Of a stretch of 64,000 nucleotides of DNA, positions 55,305 to 63,095 are shown piece after piece; position 1 is the stretch's first letter; every line of letters starts with the position of its first letter. A program made the translations under genes and the position numbers. The notes under the pieces were generated by a model that saw only the letters and a list, made by a program, of their open reading frames with translations, was not told where the DNA came from and did no database searches. The stretch is from a virus (taxonomy: Duplodnaviria > Caudoviricetes): the IMG/VR virus record IMGVR_UViG_3300036987_000310, positions 160,001 through 224,000 of that record; one strand, given 5' to 3'.

Positions 55305-56090
55305 TCAGACCACGTGCTTCCACTTTTGACCACTTCGTATACCGCGAACCAAAGCGTTGCTTACGCCGAAAAGCTCGGCAATTTTTCGTGTTCCGAGACC
55401 AGTCATGCTCCGTATTTGACGAATGTCTTCATCATGAAGTTTTGAACCCCGTCTGTCTGACCCGATGGCATTTTCTAAATATGGAGGTCTGACCCCACGA
55501 GCTTTCGAATTTCTGCTTAGCAGCTCGGCCACACATTCATCGCTGCATACTTTCGTTGGTCTGTTTGAAAACTTAGCAAACTGGGACCCGCACACAACAC
55601 ATGTAGCTGGCTTGGCGGGTATGTACTCGTGCTCTATTCCAGCTTTTACTGCCAAGCCGTGCATGAACTGAGAAGGGACATTCGAGTACAGACCATCGGT
55701 CAGTTTGGACTGAATAAAATAAACGTCATTGTTCTTCGGCGAAACATGAAGAACGAGCACGGGCATTTTCATGGCTTCGACGAACCACATCTTCGTCGCC
55801 ATCTTTTTGGCAACAGCAGAGGTTATCTCAATGAGGAAGCGTTGCCCGTCTCGGCTAGCCACTGCGTCTATCGGGAAACTATGAGAATTTTCTGATAACC
55901 AGAATATGTCGCTGAACCCTTCTTTCGGAAGGATTGTGTGGACAGCACGCTGCTCGACAGTGCGTCCGGCGTTTGTTTTATCGGACGGCGATGCACCAGA
56001 CTGGACAGCATAGCCCCACACTTCTCCGTGCAGCCACCGTTCGAACTTACACCATTTTTTGATTTTGTCGAGTGATTCCGGAGTGCTCAT
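55305..56090 (-). CDS. putative homing endonuclease: PD-(D/E)xK-like domain + Zn finger + C-terminal HTH
   Basis: FPIDAVA...FLIEIT; CVVC...VCSDEC; SKL...IRQIR...IAELFGVS...IRSGQKWKHV (C-terminal HTH typical of phage HEGs). Confidence 0.65.
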   Translation of the reverse strand: MSTPESLDKIKKWCKFERWLHGEVWGYAVQSGASPSDKTNAGRTVEQRAVHTILPKEGFSDIFWLSENSHSFPIDAVASRDGQRFLIEITSAVAKKMATKMWFVEAMKMPVLVLHVSPKNNDVYFIQSKLTDGLYSNVPSQFMHGLAVKAGIEHEYIPAKPATCVVCGSQFAKFSNRPTKVCSDECVAELLSRNSKARGVRPPYLENAIGSDRRGSKLHDEDIRQIRSMTGLGTRKIAELFGVSNALVRGIRSGQKWKHVV

Positions 56091-56103
56091 ATGAGCACTC
56101 CGG
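56078..56103. promoter_or_regulatory. 26-bp perfect palindrome covering RBS and start codon of the endonuclease
   Basis: CCGGAGTGCTCATATGAGCACTCCGG. Confidence 0.8.
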
Positions 56104-56113
56104 TATTAAAGAC

Positions 56114-57328
56114 TCATTCATGATCGCGTGTCGCCACATAGCTCGCACATTTGGGGAGGCCATCGTCCGTCATGTCTGCAAAGCGGTACGTGATGGTCGA
56201 GCCGATCGCCGGAGGGTTCTCCCGATCCTTGGCAGTCAGTCCGGTGCCGACGTTGAAGGTCTTGCCGTTCGGCATCCGAACAATCAGGCCGCCGGTCTTG
56301 CCCTTGTTCGCCTTCTTGCCAGCCTCATGCCCGATGACAACGGCCTCGGCATCCTGAAACGGCTTGAACTTCAACAGAGTGCTGGACCTTCGCGGCTCGT
56401 AGCGGCTTCCCGGCTTGCGAAACATGAGCCCCTCGGCTCCTGCGGCTGCCGCAGCCTTCAAACTGGCCTCTGCCTCTTGGCGGCTCTTGCACTCCGTGTG
56501 CGAATGAGCGTAGGCGTACTTCATGCTGGACATTCCGCAAAGGTGTGTCAGACGCTGCTCGAATCCCCCGGGGAAATTCGGGGCGTCGAACATGACGAAT
56601 CGGACCTGCTCCCAGGCACGGCCGGAACCGGCGCTCTTAACAACCGAGATGGTCTTCTGGAACATCTTGCGGCCCATCCACAACTCCCCGTCGAGAGGCT
56701 CCTGCGGCAGCCCGGCGGTGAAGAATCCGGGCGCGGCGTAGACGTTGCCTTGTCTTGAGATGAACACCTCGCCGTTCCAATAGGCCCGCACGCCGTCGAG
56801 CTTTTCAGACTCCAGCCACCCGGTCGGGTCGAAATCGTCCTCGACCGTGTTCGCCAGAAGTACAGGCGGTCCGAACAAATCGGTCTTTTCGTCCTGGCGG
56901 AGCTTTCGTCCCTTGCGGGCCTCTTCTTCGGCCACGATGGCGGCTTTCTCCTCCTCGGAAAAGGGGATGAACCCGCCAAATTTGTTGACCCGCCGCGCCT
57001 TGTCGCGCGCCGCTGCCCCGCTCTGGCCCGTCGCGGGGTTGCCGCGCGCCTCGCCGGACCGGGCAGCTACCTCGGCCACTGCCGGAGCGGCGAGCACGTC
57101 CGTGCCACCTCCGGACGCCGCAGCTGGCTTGCCTCCAGTGCGGGCATCTTCAACCGCTTGGCCTCGCTGTGCAATGATATGTTTGCACGTGCGAAGATCG
57201 ATTGGTTTGCTCTGTCGGGTCCAGGCCGGGCACGAGCAGCTATATACCTCTCCGCGCCGGAGCAGCTTGTAGGGCTTGGCCCCGGAACCTTGAACATATC
57301 GGATTTCGCCGTCTTGCCAGTCAGACAT
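56114..57328 (-). CDS. ATP-dependent DNA ligase with N-terminal SWIM zinc finger
   Basis: CSCPAW...CKH (SWIM); SEKLDGVRA motif I; LDGELW; EGLMFR; LLKFKP; OB domain. Confidence 0.92.
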   Translation of the reverse strand: MSDWQDGEIRYVQGSGAKPYKLLRRGEVYSCSCPAWTRQSKPIDLRTCKHIIAQRGQAVEDARTGGKPAAASGGGTDVLAAPAVAEVAARSGEARGNPATGQSGAAARDKARRVNKFGGFIPFSEEEKAAIVAEEEARKGRKLRQDEKTDLFGPPVLLANTVEDDFDPTGWLESEKLDGVRAYWNGEVFISRQGNVYAAPGFFTAGLPQEPLDGELWMGRKMFQKTISVVKSAGSGRAWEQVRFVMFDAPNFPGGFEQRLTHLCGMSSMKYAYAHSHTECKSRQEAEASLKAAAAAGAEGLMFRKPGSRYEPRRSSTLLKFKPFQDAEAVVIGHEAGKKANKGKTGGLIVRMPNGKTFNVGTGLTAKDRENPPAIGSTITYRFADMTDDGLPKCASYVATRDHE

Positions 57329-57476
57329 TTGTCACCTCATTCGAGTCGTCTTTCGCCTTATTGACGGCGAAAGACGCTGCTTCAAGTTCCTGAGTCAACC
57401 GTTCCTGCCAAGTCTTGCGCAACTCTTTAGACTCTAGGCGTTCATCGGTCAATTCCACGATAGTGCAAGTCTTCAT
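57321..57476 (-). CDS. hypothetical protein (51 aa)
   Basis: GAGGTGAC RBS. Confidence 0.55.
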   Translation of the reverse strand: MKTCTIVELTDERLESKELRKTWQERLTQELEAASFAVNKAKDDSNEVTNV

Positions 57477-57480
57477 ATTT

Positions 57481-57520
57481 GTCACCTCTCGCGTCCGATA
57501 CGCGGCGCGCGGCCCGATCG
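57481..57520 (-). promoter_or_regulatory. GTA-core promoter-like motif + RBS
   Basis: CGCGTATCGGACGCGAGAGGTGAC; 21 bp identical to copy at 62970. Confidence 0.65.
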
Positions 57521-57600
57521 TCGCTCGGCCTCAGGTTGCATGCTCTGTTTGGCAGGATTTCAGGCGTTTGGCGACATCAGACTCGGTACCGAAGAACATC

Positions 57601-57656
57601 AGCGTCATGACCGTCCAGTTCGACACAGAAGCATTGAACTGGACGGTCATGACGCT
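57601..57656. repeat. perfect 21-bp inverted repeat with 14-nt spacer
   Basis: AGCGTCATGACCGTCCAGTTC-N14-GAACTGGACGGTCATGACGCT. Confidence 0.9.
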
Positions 57657-58081
57657 TGCACCTCCTCCACTAACTCTTCCAACACCGCCGTGACGGCCAG
57701 CCCCCTGATTTTGGCCACCACATGCGGCGGAAACAGCTCGACATCCCCGATCCACTCCCACAAAACCCTGTGTTGCATCGCGCCCATCAACGCTCCCTGC
57801 GGGTCGCAGAGGAACGTGGGAACATGGACGTCCAGCCCGGCATCATGCAAGAATGGCTCGAGTTTCATGGTGATGTTGATGAATGTTGAGCTGACTGTCG
57901 GGACGCGGTGTGGGGCGAAGAGTAAATGGTTGTCTGTTTCTTTGACTCGCGAAATTTTGAATTTGGCCCGGCTCCAAGCCGAAGCCAAATGTTGGCTCAA
58001 ATAATCTTTTTGAGCTTGATATAAACTGAGCCGGGCGTTGTCGAATTGGTCCTGGATGACCTGGTATTCACGCTTGGTCAT
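57647..58081 (-). CDS. hypothetical protein, tag family
   Basis: Ends LEELVEEVQAS*. Confidence 0.7.
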   Translation of the reverse strand: MTKREYQVIQDQFDNARLSLYQAQKDYLSQHLASAWSRAKFKISRVKETDNHLLFAPHRVPTVSSTFINITMKLEPFLHDAGLDVHVPTFLCDPQGALMGAMQHRVLWEWIGDVELFPPHVVAKIRGLAVTAVLEELVEEVQAS

Positions 58082-58443
58082 GACGCTTGCACCCCCATCA
58101 CGAGCAAGTCTGGGCGATGCTCTTGGAGCAGCTTCTCAAGAAGCTCTGCTGGGTCTTCGCGCCAGAACGTCAGGTTCAGATACCCTCCGTTGCCTTTGTG
58201 CCAGGTCACCCAGACGTCCCCGCCTCCGGCAGCTTCCCACCCTTGCAGAAAACATCGGTTTGGGTAGCTCATTTCCCAGTTTTCTGTCTTCTTGGACCAG
58301 GAGTTGTTCTGGTTTGCTCCATCAGAAAACAGTGCCGCCTCGCCCACGATGGAGCGAAACTCGCCGATCTTCTTGAGCCCAGTCGTGCAGAAAATTAGCC
58401 AGACGAGGTCCTGCGCCTTCTTGGAAGCATCGTTCACTTTCAT
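58078..58443 (-). CDS. hypothetical protein, tag family
   Basis: Ends PDLLVMGVQAS*. Confidence 0.7.
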   Translation of the reverse strand: MKVNDASKKAQDLVWLIFCTTGLKKIGEFRSIVGEAALFSDGANQNNSWSKKTENWEMSYPNRCFLQGWEAAGGGDVWVTWHKGNGGYLNLTFWREDPAELLEKLLQEHRPDLLVMGVQAS

Positions 58444-58447
58444 GTCA

Positions 58448-58678
58448 TTAGTCCTCCAGCTCGGGGTGGTCTTGCAGAAAGAGAGCACCATCGGCGCCAT
58501 ATCCCTCAGCGGAGGCGACTTCAGCGAGATTTCCCGGGAACCCACCTGGGTCGTTCATGAGGTCAGACGCCGAGTATTTTGTGCCGTTGATTACCCACCC
58601 GTAATCGTCCGGGTCTCCGCCGTTTGACCAGCCCACGACACTCGAAAATTCCAATTGTTCCTTCGTGATCTTCGGCAT
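58448..58678 (-). CDS. hypothetical acidic protein
   Basis: GAGGTGAC RBS. Confidence 0.65.
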   Translation of the reverse strand: MPKITKEQLEFSSVVGWSNGGDPDDYGWVINGTKYSASDLMNDPGGFPGNLAEVASAEGYGADGALFLQDHPELED

Positions 58679-58680
58679 TT

Positions 58681-58705
58681 GTCACCTCTTGGTCGGTACG
58701 CGCCG
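58681..58705 (-). promoter_or_regulatory. GTA-core promoter-like motif + RBS
   Basis: GCGCGTACCGACCAAGAGGTGAC. Confidence 0.55.
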
Positions 58706-58775
58706 AGCGCGCGGATCTGCGCAGCGCTTCAAAAGGTCTTAAGCTATGCGATACGGGCACATACGTCTTGAAGGA

Positions 58776-59018
58776 TCACTTGGTTTTTTGTTCTAGGTTT
58801 TTTGCTGCTTTAATGCAAGCGGCTGCAATGCGTCGCAATTGTTTGGCACTGAAATACCCGGTGGCGTCGACAGTCATGAACTTGTCGTTGGAGGTTATTG
58901 ATATCGCCACTGTGTCCACAACATCGCTTGAAACTTCATGGCTTGCTTGTTGAAGCGGTTCTCCAATTTCAAAGTTGGCGTGATCGTATGGGTCGCCAGC
59001 CACAGCACGAATTATCAT
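58776..59018 (-). CDS. hypothetical protein
   Basis: GGAAGGA RBS. Confidence 0.6.
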   Translation of the reverse strand: MIIRAVAGDPYDHANFEIGEPLQQASHEVSSDVVDTVAISITSNDKFMTVDATGYFSAKQLRRIAAACIKAAKNLEQKTK

Positions 59019-59108
59019 TTTAACATCCTTCCTTGCACGGAAAATCGATCGCTCGGCTCATTTTGTCACTTTGATCATGACGGAACTCGTGGTGGTATTC
59101 ACGCTTGG

Positions 59109-59411
59109 TTATCTGGTATTTGCGGGCCTTGCGCGATCCCAAACCTGCTGCGTGAGCTTCCTGACTTTGGAGACGGAAGCCTCTTCGAACGATGGAAGCC
59201 AGCTTCCCTCCATCTCGACCGGCTCTGTCGTGTTCACAAACGCGTATGCGTTTCGAACCTCGGCAACGCTTTCTCGGTCGAACTGGACTTCGATCGAAAT
59301 TGGCGTCCTTTTCTTGCCTTCCACCGCTTCGGCTGCCACTTCGTAGCTGGCTACGAAGTGGGCTGATTCTGCTCGAAGCACAATCTTTTTCACCCGAATT
59401 GTTGCCGACAT
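59109..59411 (-). CDS. hypothetical protein
   Basis: GGAGGTGAC RBS. Confidence 0.7.
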   Translation of the reverse strand: MSATIRVKKIVLRAESAHFVASYEVAAEAVEGKKRTPISIEVQFDRESVAEVRNAYAFVNTTEPVEMEGSWLPSFEEASVSKVRKLTQQVWDRARPANTR

Positions 59412-59414
59412 TCC

Positions 59415-59454
59415 GTCACCTCCATGACCGAATATGCGAGATCACGCCCGATCG
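59415..59454 (-). promoter_or_regulatory. GTA-core promoter-like motif + RBS
   Basis: CGCATATTCGGTCATGGAGGTGAC. Confidence 0.6.
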
Positions 59455-59539
59455 CCGCTTTACCCTCCCACCCGGTATGTGCGCGATCGGTCGACTGCCA
59501 ACGCGCTCCAGGAGTTATGCACTTTTTAGGCTAAATACC

Positions 59540-60088
59540 TCATGTGCCCATGACTTTTTGAACGGAAAGAATTTTCTTCGCTTGCTCAATCTGCTCTTTC
59601 GTTGCAAATTCCCGAGCTAACCTTTTCAAATTGAAGTTTTCCGTTCTGAGAACCGTTAGGTCTGCCCCGTGTTCTAGGAGCAATTTGCACACTTCAAAAT
59701 TCTCATATTGTGCGGCCCACCGGAGTGAACGATCATTGTGTGCGTGAACGTCTGCCCCATGTTCTAGGAGCAGTTTGCACACTTCCAGGTGCCCATTGTG
59801 CGCAGCACACTCTAACGCATAATCGTCCGCACGAATACCTGCTCCATGTTCTAGGAACAGCTTACATACTTCAAAATGCCCGTTTGATGCAGCAAACTGG
59901 AGCGCCTGATCACCGTCTGCATGAACGTTCGCCCCGTTTTCTAGAAGCAGTTTGCACACTTTAGGGTGTCCGTTTGACGCAGCCCACTGGAGCGCCAAGT
60001 CGTTCTTTGCATGGACGTCCTCCCCGTTCTCTAGAAACAGTTTGCACGCCTCAAAGTCACCAAGTTTTGCGGCTTCGATCAGACCCAT
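59540..60088 (-). CDS. ankyrin-repeat protein (about 5 repeats) with constant tail
   Basis: Start MGLIEAA; ends EQAKKILSVQKVMGT*. Confidence 0.9.
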   Translation of the reverse strand: MGLIEAAKLGDFEACKLFLENGEDVHAKNDLALQWAASNGHPKVCKLLLENGANVHADGDQALQFAASNGHFEVCKLFLEHGAGIRADDYALECAAHNGHLEVCKLLLEHGADVHAHNDRSLRWAAQYENFEVCKLLLEHGADLTVLRTENFNLKRLAREFATKEQIEQAKKILSVQKVMGT

Positions 60089-60098
60089 GGTTTGGCTT

Positions 60099-60539
60099 TC
60101 ACGCTTCTTCCCGAACAGTTTGCACGAGCTCGGAAAGCTTGTTCGCCAGGTCTCTGAGCTCTCCTTCAGGCAATTCCTGCGCAGCCTCGAACAGAGTTTG
60201 CACTCGATCCTTCGGGCGTCGCTCAATTACCTCGAGCGACAACAGCTCCCCGACTTCCGGGTTGAAGGTCCTATACCCGCCTTCGTGGAGCTTCTCCCCC
60301 GTCAGCTTGTCCCGGTTGTAAGCCATGATCGTGAGCACCTTCTGGCCTCGGCGCGTGGTCCACAGGGCTTCCAAGGTCCCCACGTAGTGGCGCCTGTTGC
60401 AGCCTTCCTCGTGAACGGCGCGCTCCGATTCGAGCATTTGCCTGTCTGTTGGCGGCTCCCCGGCCTTGTAAGACACAAAGAGCAAGGAGCCTCGGCCGCA
60501 GTCCCTGAGCTTGTTCACCATCTGGCTCGTTGTCAACAT
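60099..60539 (-). CDS. hypothetical protein
   Basis: GGAGGTGAC RBS; 146 aa. Confidence 0.7.
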   Translation of the reverse strand: MLTTSQMVNKLRDCGRGSLLFVSYKAGEPPTDRQMLESERAVHEEGCNRRHYVGTLEALWTTRRGQKVLTIMAYNRDKLTGEKLHEGGYRTFNPEVGELLSLEVIERRPKDRVQTLFEAAQELPEGELRDLANKLSELVQTVREEA

Positions 60540-60542
60540 TTC

Positions 60543-60568
60543 GTCACCTCCGCAATCGGATACGCGCG
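60543..60568 (-). promoter_or_regulatory. GTA-core promoter-like motif + RBS
   Basis: CGCGCGTATCCGATTGCGGAGGTGAC. Confidence 0.65.
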
Positions 60569-60592
60569 GCAGAGTGCAGGCTTCGCCATCCT

Positions 60593-60775
60593 TCAGTCCA
60601 GATTTACGTCTCTTACCAGGTTTAGATCGTCTGCCAATCGGTAAGCTTCGTTTCTCCGCATGTTCTCGTCAACCAGTTGTTCGTAGCTTCTCAAGCTGTG
60701 TCCGAACCCAAAAACGAGGTATGCCTTCACTCGCGAATCATACACGACCGACCATGCTCCTTGAGTTTCTTTCAT
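60593..60775 (-). CDS. hypothetical protein (variant tail VRDVNLD)
   Basis: Paralogue of C-terminal half of 54487-54861. Confidence 0.6.
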   Translation of the reverse strand: MKETQGAWSVVYDSRVKAYLVFGFGHSLRSYEQLVDENMRRNEAYRLADDLNLVRDVNLD

Positions 60776-61119
60776 TCTTGCATGAGGTTTCTGGCTTCGC
60801 CCAAGTTGTGCCACTCTCGAATCTGATATGCCAAGTCTTCTGCTGACAGCTCCTTGCCCAAGAAGACTTGTTGCTCGCAATGGGAAAAGACCGATTCCAG
60901 TCCGCGCGGGTCGATGTTGCTGTCGTCGTTGCAAACTAGAACAGTGTATTCGTCGGTCAGTCCCGGATCCGGCTCATACTCGATGCATTGGGTGACATAC
61001 CACCATTTCCCCCAGAACCATCCAATGAACGCCATGGAGTTGATGCCGGCGTCGTCGCAATCGGTTTCTTCCATGGAGCCCATGGCTCTTTCGCAAGCAT
61101 CGAGAACAACGTCTTTCAT
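60772..61119 (-). CDS. hypothetical acidic protein (tail LMQE)
   Basis: GGAGGTGAC RBS. Confidence 0.65.
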   Translation of the reverse strand: MKDVVLDACERAMGSMEETDCDDAGINSMAFIGWFWGKWWYVTQCIEYEPDPGLTDEYTVLVCNDDSNIDPRGLESVFSHCEQQVFLGKELSAEDLAYQIREWHNLGEARNLMQE

Positions 61120-61145
61120 CCTGGTCACCTCCGATCCCACGCACA

Positions 61146-61619
61146 TTATGCGCTCATGACTTTTTGAACGGCAAGTTCACTTTTCGCTTGCTCAATTTGT
61201 TCTTCTGTCGCAAACTCTTTAACGACCTTTTTCAAATTGAACTTTTTTGTTCTCAGAACTGTTAGGTCTGCCCCGTGTTTTAGGAGCAGTTTGCACACTT
61301 CAAAGTGCCCATGTGTTGCAGCATATTGGAGCGTCCAATCGTCTTCTGCATGAACGTTTGCTCCATGTTCCAGGAGCAGTTTGCACACTTCCAGATGCCC
61401 ATAGCATGCAGCCCGCTGGAGCGCCCAGTCGTTTTCTGCATAGACGTTTGCTCCGTGTTCCAAGAGCAGTTTGCAAATTTCCAAGTGCCCACTGTATGCA
61501 GCATTTTGGAGCGCACGATCGTTCTTTGCATGGACATCCGCCCCGTTTTCCAGGAGCAGTTTGCACACTTCCAGGTGCCCATTCTGTGCGGCTTCGATCA
61601 GGTCATTGTCGTTTCCCAT
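61146..61619 (-). CDS. ankyrin-repeat protein (about 4 repeats) with constant tail
   Basis: Ends EQAKSELAVQKVMSA*. Confidence 0.9.
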   Translation of the reverse strand: MGNDNDLIEAAQNGHLEVCKLLLENGADVHAKNDRALQNAAYSGHLEICKLLLEHGANVYAENDWALQRAACYGHLEVCKLLLEHGANVHAEDDWTLQYAATHGHFEVCKLLLKHGADLTVLRTKKFNLKKVVKEFATEEQIEQAKSELAVQKVMSA

Positions 61620-61629
61620 TTTTGGTCGC

Positions 61630-62193
61630 CTAAATTTCCTGAACGTGCGCCACGGCTTCTTCAGCCATGACTGTTCGCGCCAATTTGTTCAGCTGTCGGG
61701 GAGTTGCTCCAGAGCGGCGCGCAGACCGCATGGCAGCTAAAGCTCGATTCAAGTCCCCCTGAATTTTTCGAGCTTCGCGCTTTTTCTCGGGCTCTCTGCT
61801 AACTCGCAAAGTCCTGAGCTGGGCGGCCAACTTGTTGAAGCCGCCTCCTCCGCCACGCCTCGTGAGCTCTTCCTTCATCTCTCTTTGTATGTAGTGGCGC
61901 GTGATTGAACGACTGCGCGAGAGCGACCAGTCGCGCCATTCGGGGCGCAGGCCGAACTTCTTGAAGAGGGACCAGATCAGTTGCGAGTCTGCGTCAAACT
62001 GGTCCAAATCTGGGATTCGCGCGGCAACTTTCACGGTCTTCTTGTCAAATCGCAAGCCGACGTGCACGATCGTGAAAGACTTGTTGTAGGACGGCTTGAT
62101 CAGCTTGGCGTTGGCGAGGAATGCCACGATGAGAGACGCCTTGGCGTCGTTCTCGTCGCAGAATTCTTTCGTCGTTTTCCCGAATTCGTCCAT
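61630..62193 (-). CDS. hypothetical protein, tag family
   Basis: Ends MAEEAVAHVQEI*. Confidence 0.75.
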   Translation of the reverse strand: MDEFGKTTKEFCDENDAKASLIVAFLANAKLIKPSYNKSFTIVHVGLRFDKKTVKVAARIPDLDQFDADSQLIWSLFKKFGLRPEWRDWSLSRSRSITRHYIQREMKEELTRRGGGGGFNKLAAQLRTLRVSREPEKKREARKIQGDLNRALAAMRSARRSGATPRQLNKLARTVMAEEAVAHVQEI

Positions 62194-62196
62194 TCG

Positions 62197-62222
62197 GCCA
62201 CCTCCGAGATCGAATACGCGGC
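62197..62222 (-). promoter_or_regulatory. GTA-core promoter-like motif + RBS
   Basis: CGCGTATTCGATCTCGGAGGTGGC. Confidence 0.65.
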
Positions 62223-62241
62223 GAGCTCGCGCAGCTCCGAC

Positions 62242-62514
62242 TTACCCTGACTGGACTTTTTTCACTCGGCGAAGATTGATCGCGTCTTGGGCTTCTTGAA
62301 CAGTCATTTTGTGTACAGCTGTTTTGTAGCGACGCACGAACTTCAGCATCATGTCGTACGACACAGGGTTGTGCAAAATGTCTTTCATCAAGGCGAGCAA
62401 GACTTCTGGGTTTTTGTCCAAAATCTCCCCATAGTCGCAAAAACCAGTGTCCGCGAACCAGTCAGCGAGCACCGCCGAAAACTCTTCTTTCACGCCTTGT
62501 TTGGAAACTTTCAT
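62242..62514 (-). CDS. hypothetical protein, tag family
   Basis: Ends TVQEAQDAINLRRVKKVQSG*. Confidence 0.7.
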   Translation of the reverse strand: MKVSKQGVKEEFSAVLADWFADTGFCDYGEILDKNPEVLLALMKDILHNPVSYDMMLKFVRRYKTAVHKMTVQEAQDAINLRRVKKVQSG

Positions 62515-62540
62515 GACTCACGACTCCCGAGTTTCTGGCT

Positions 62541-62966
62541 TCATTTGCTCATCACCGACATCAGGCGAAACTCGTCCCATGCCATTTTGAAGACTTCGGG
62601 CCAGTGGTCTGCCAAAGCGGCATTTTTCTGAGTGCACATGACTCGCAAGAAATTTCTCTTGGCATCGTTCATGTGCAGCTGCAGTTTTTCGTCTTCCACG
62701 CTAGACCCGTTGTCGGGCTCCACGCTGGAGACGTCTCCCCTGCGGCGAAGCACGAGCTTTCCGCCCCACCGGGTGCCGTCGTACCCGTACCCGCTTGGAG
62801 TGTGCTTGTCTCGAGCACACTCCTCGCAAAACCCCATCACGTCTTCGTACACTCCGTTGTCGCGCCACAAGTGGGAGTACTTCACCCGGAAAAAGATCTT
62901 GGCTTGACGCCCACAGTTCTTGGTTCTGTCCTTGTTGGGAATTTTTTTCATGCCGTTGCATCGCAT
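62541..62966 (-). CDS. hypothetical protein, tag family
   Basis: GAGGTGAC RBS; ends DEFRLMSVMSK*. Confidence 0.7.
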   Translation of the reverse strand: MRCNGMKKIPNKDRTKNCGRQAKIFFRVKYSHLWRDNGVYEDVMGFCEECARDKHTPSGYGYDGTRWGGKLVLRRRGDVSSVEPDNGSSVEDEKLQLHMNDAKRNFLRVMCTQKNAALADHWPEVFKMAWDEFRLMSVMSK

Positions 62967-62969
62967 TGC

Positions 62970-62996
62970 GTCACCTCTCGCGTCCGATACCGCGCT
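62970..62996 (-). promoter_or_regulatory. GTA-core promoter-like motif + RBS
   Basis: CGCGGTATCGGACGCGAGAGGTGAC. Confidence 0.65.
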
Positions 62997-63068
62997 GCGA
63001 GTCGCGGCTCCGCCATTTTTTAGAAGTTTGTGCCTAAACAACTGAGGGGGTGGAGGTCGCGATCCGAT

Positions 63069-63092
63069 CAGCGTACCGGACAGCGGAGGTGT
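63069..63092 (+). promoter_or_regulatory. GTA-core promoter-like motif + RBS (plus strand, divergent)
   Basis: CAGCGTACCGGACAGCGGAGGTGT. Confidence 0.65.
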
Positions 63093-63095
63093 CGC

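Noticed and set aside
48420-61619. Eukaryotic giant-virus origin of the window because of Mimivirus-like ankyrins and a SET domain
   Set aside because: Strong Shine-Dalgarno sites, coupled operons, a sigma-70 factor and an S74 tail fibre indicate a bacteriophage.
26839-62514. Tag as a KDEL/HDEL or CaaX-type eukaryotic signal
   Set aside because: No terminal Leu or Cys at -4, and the context is prokaryotic.
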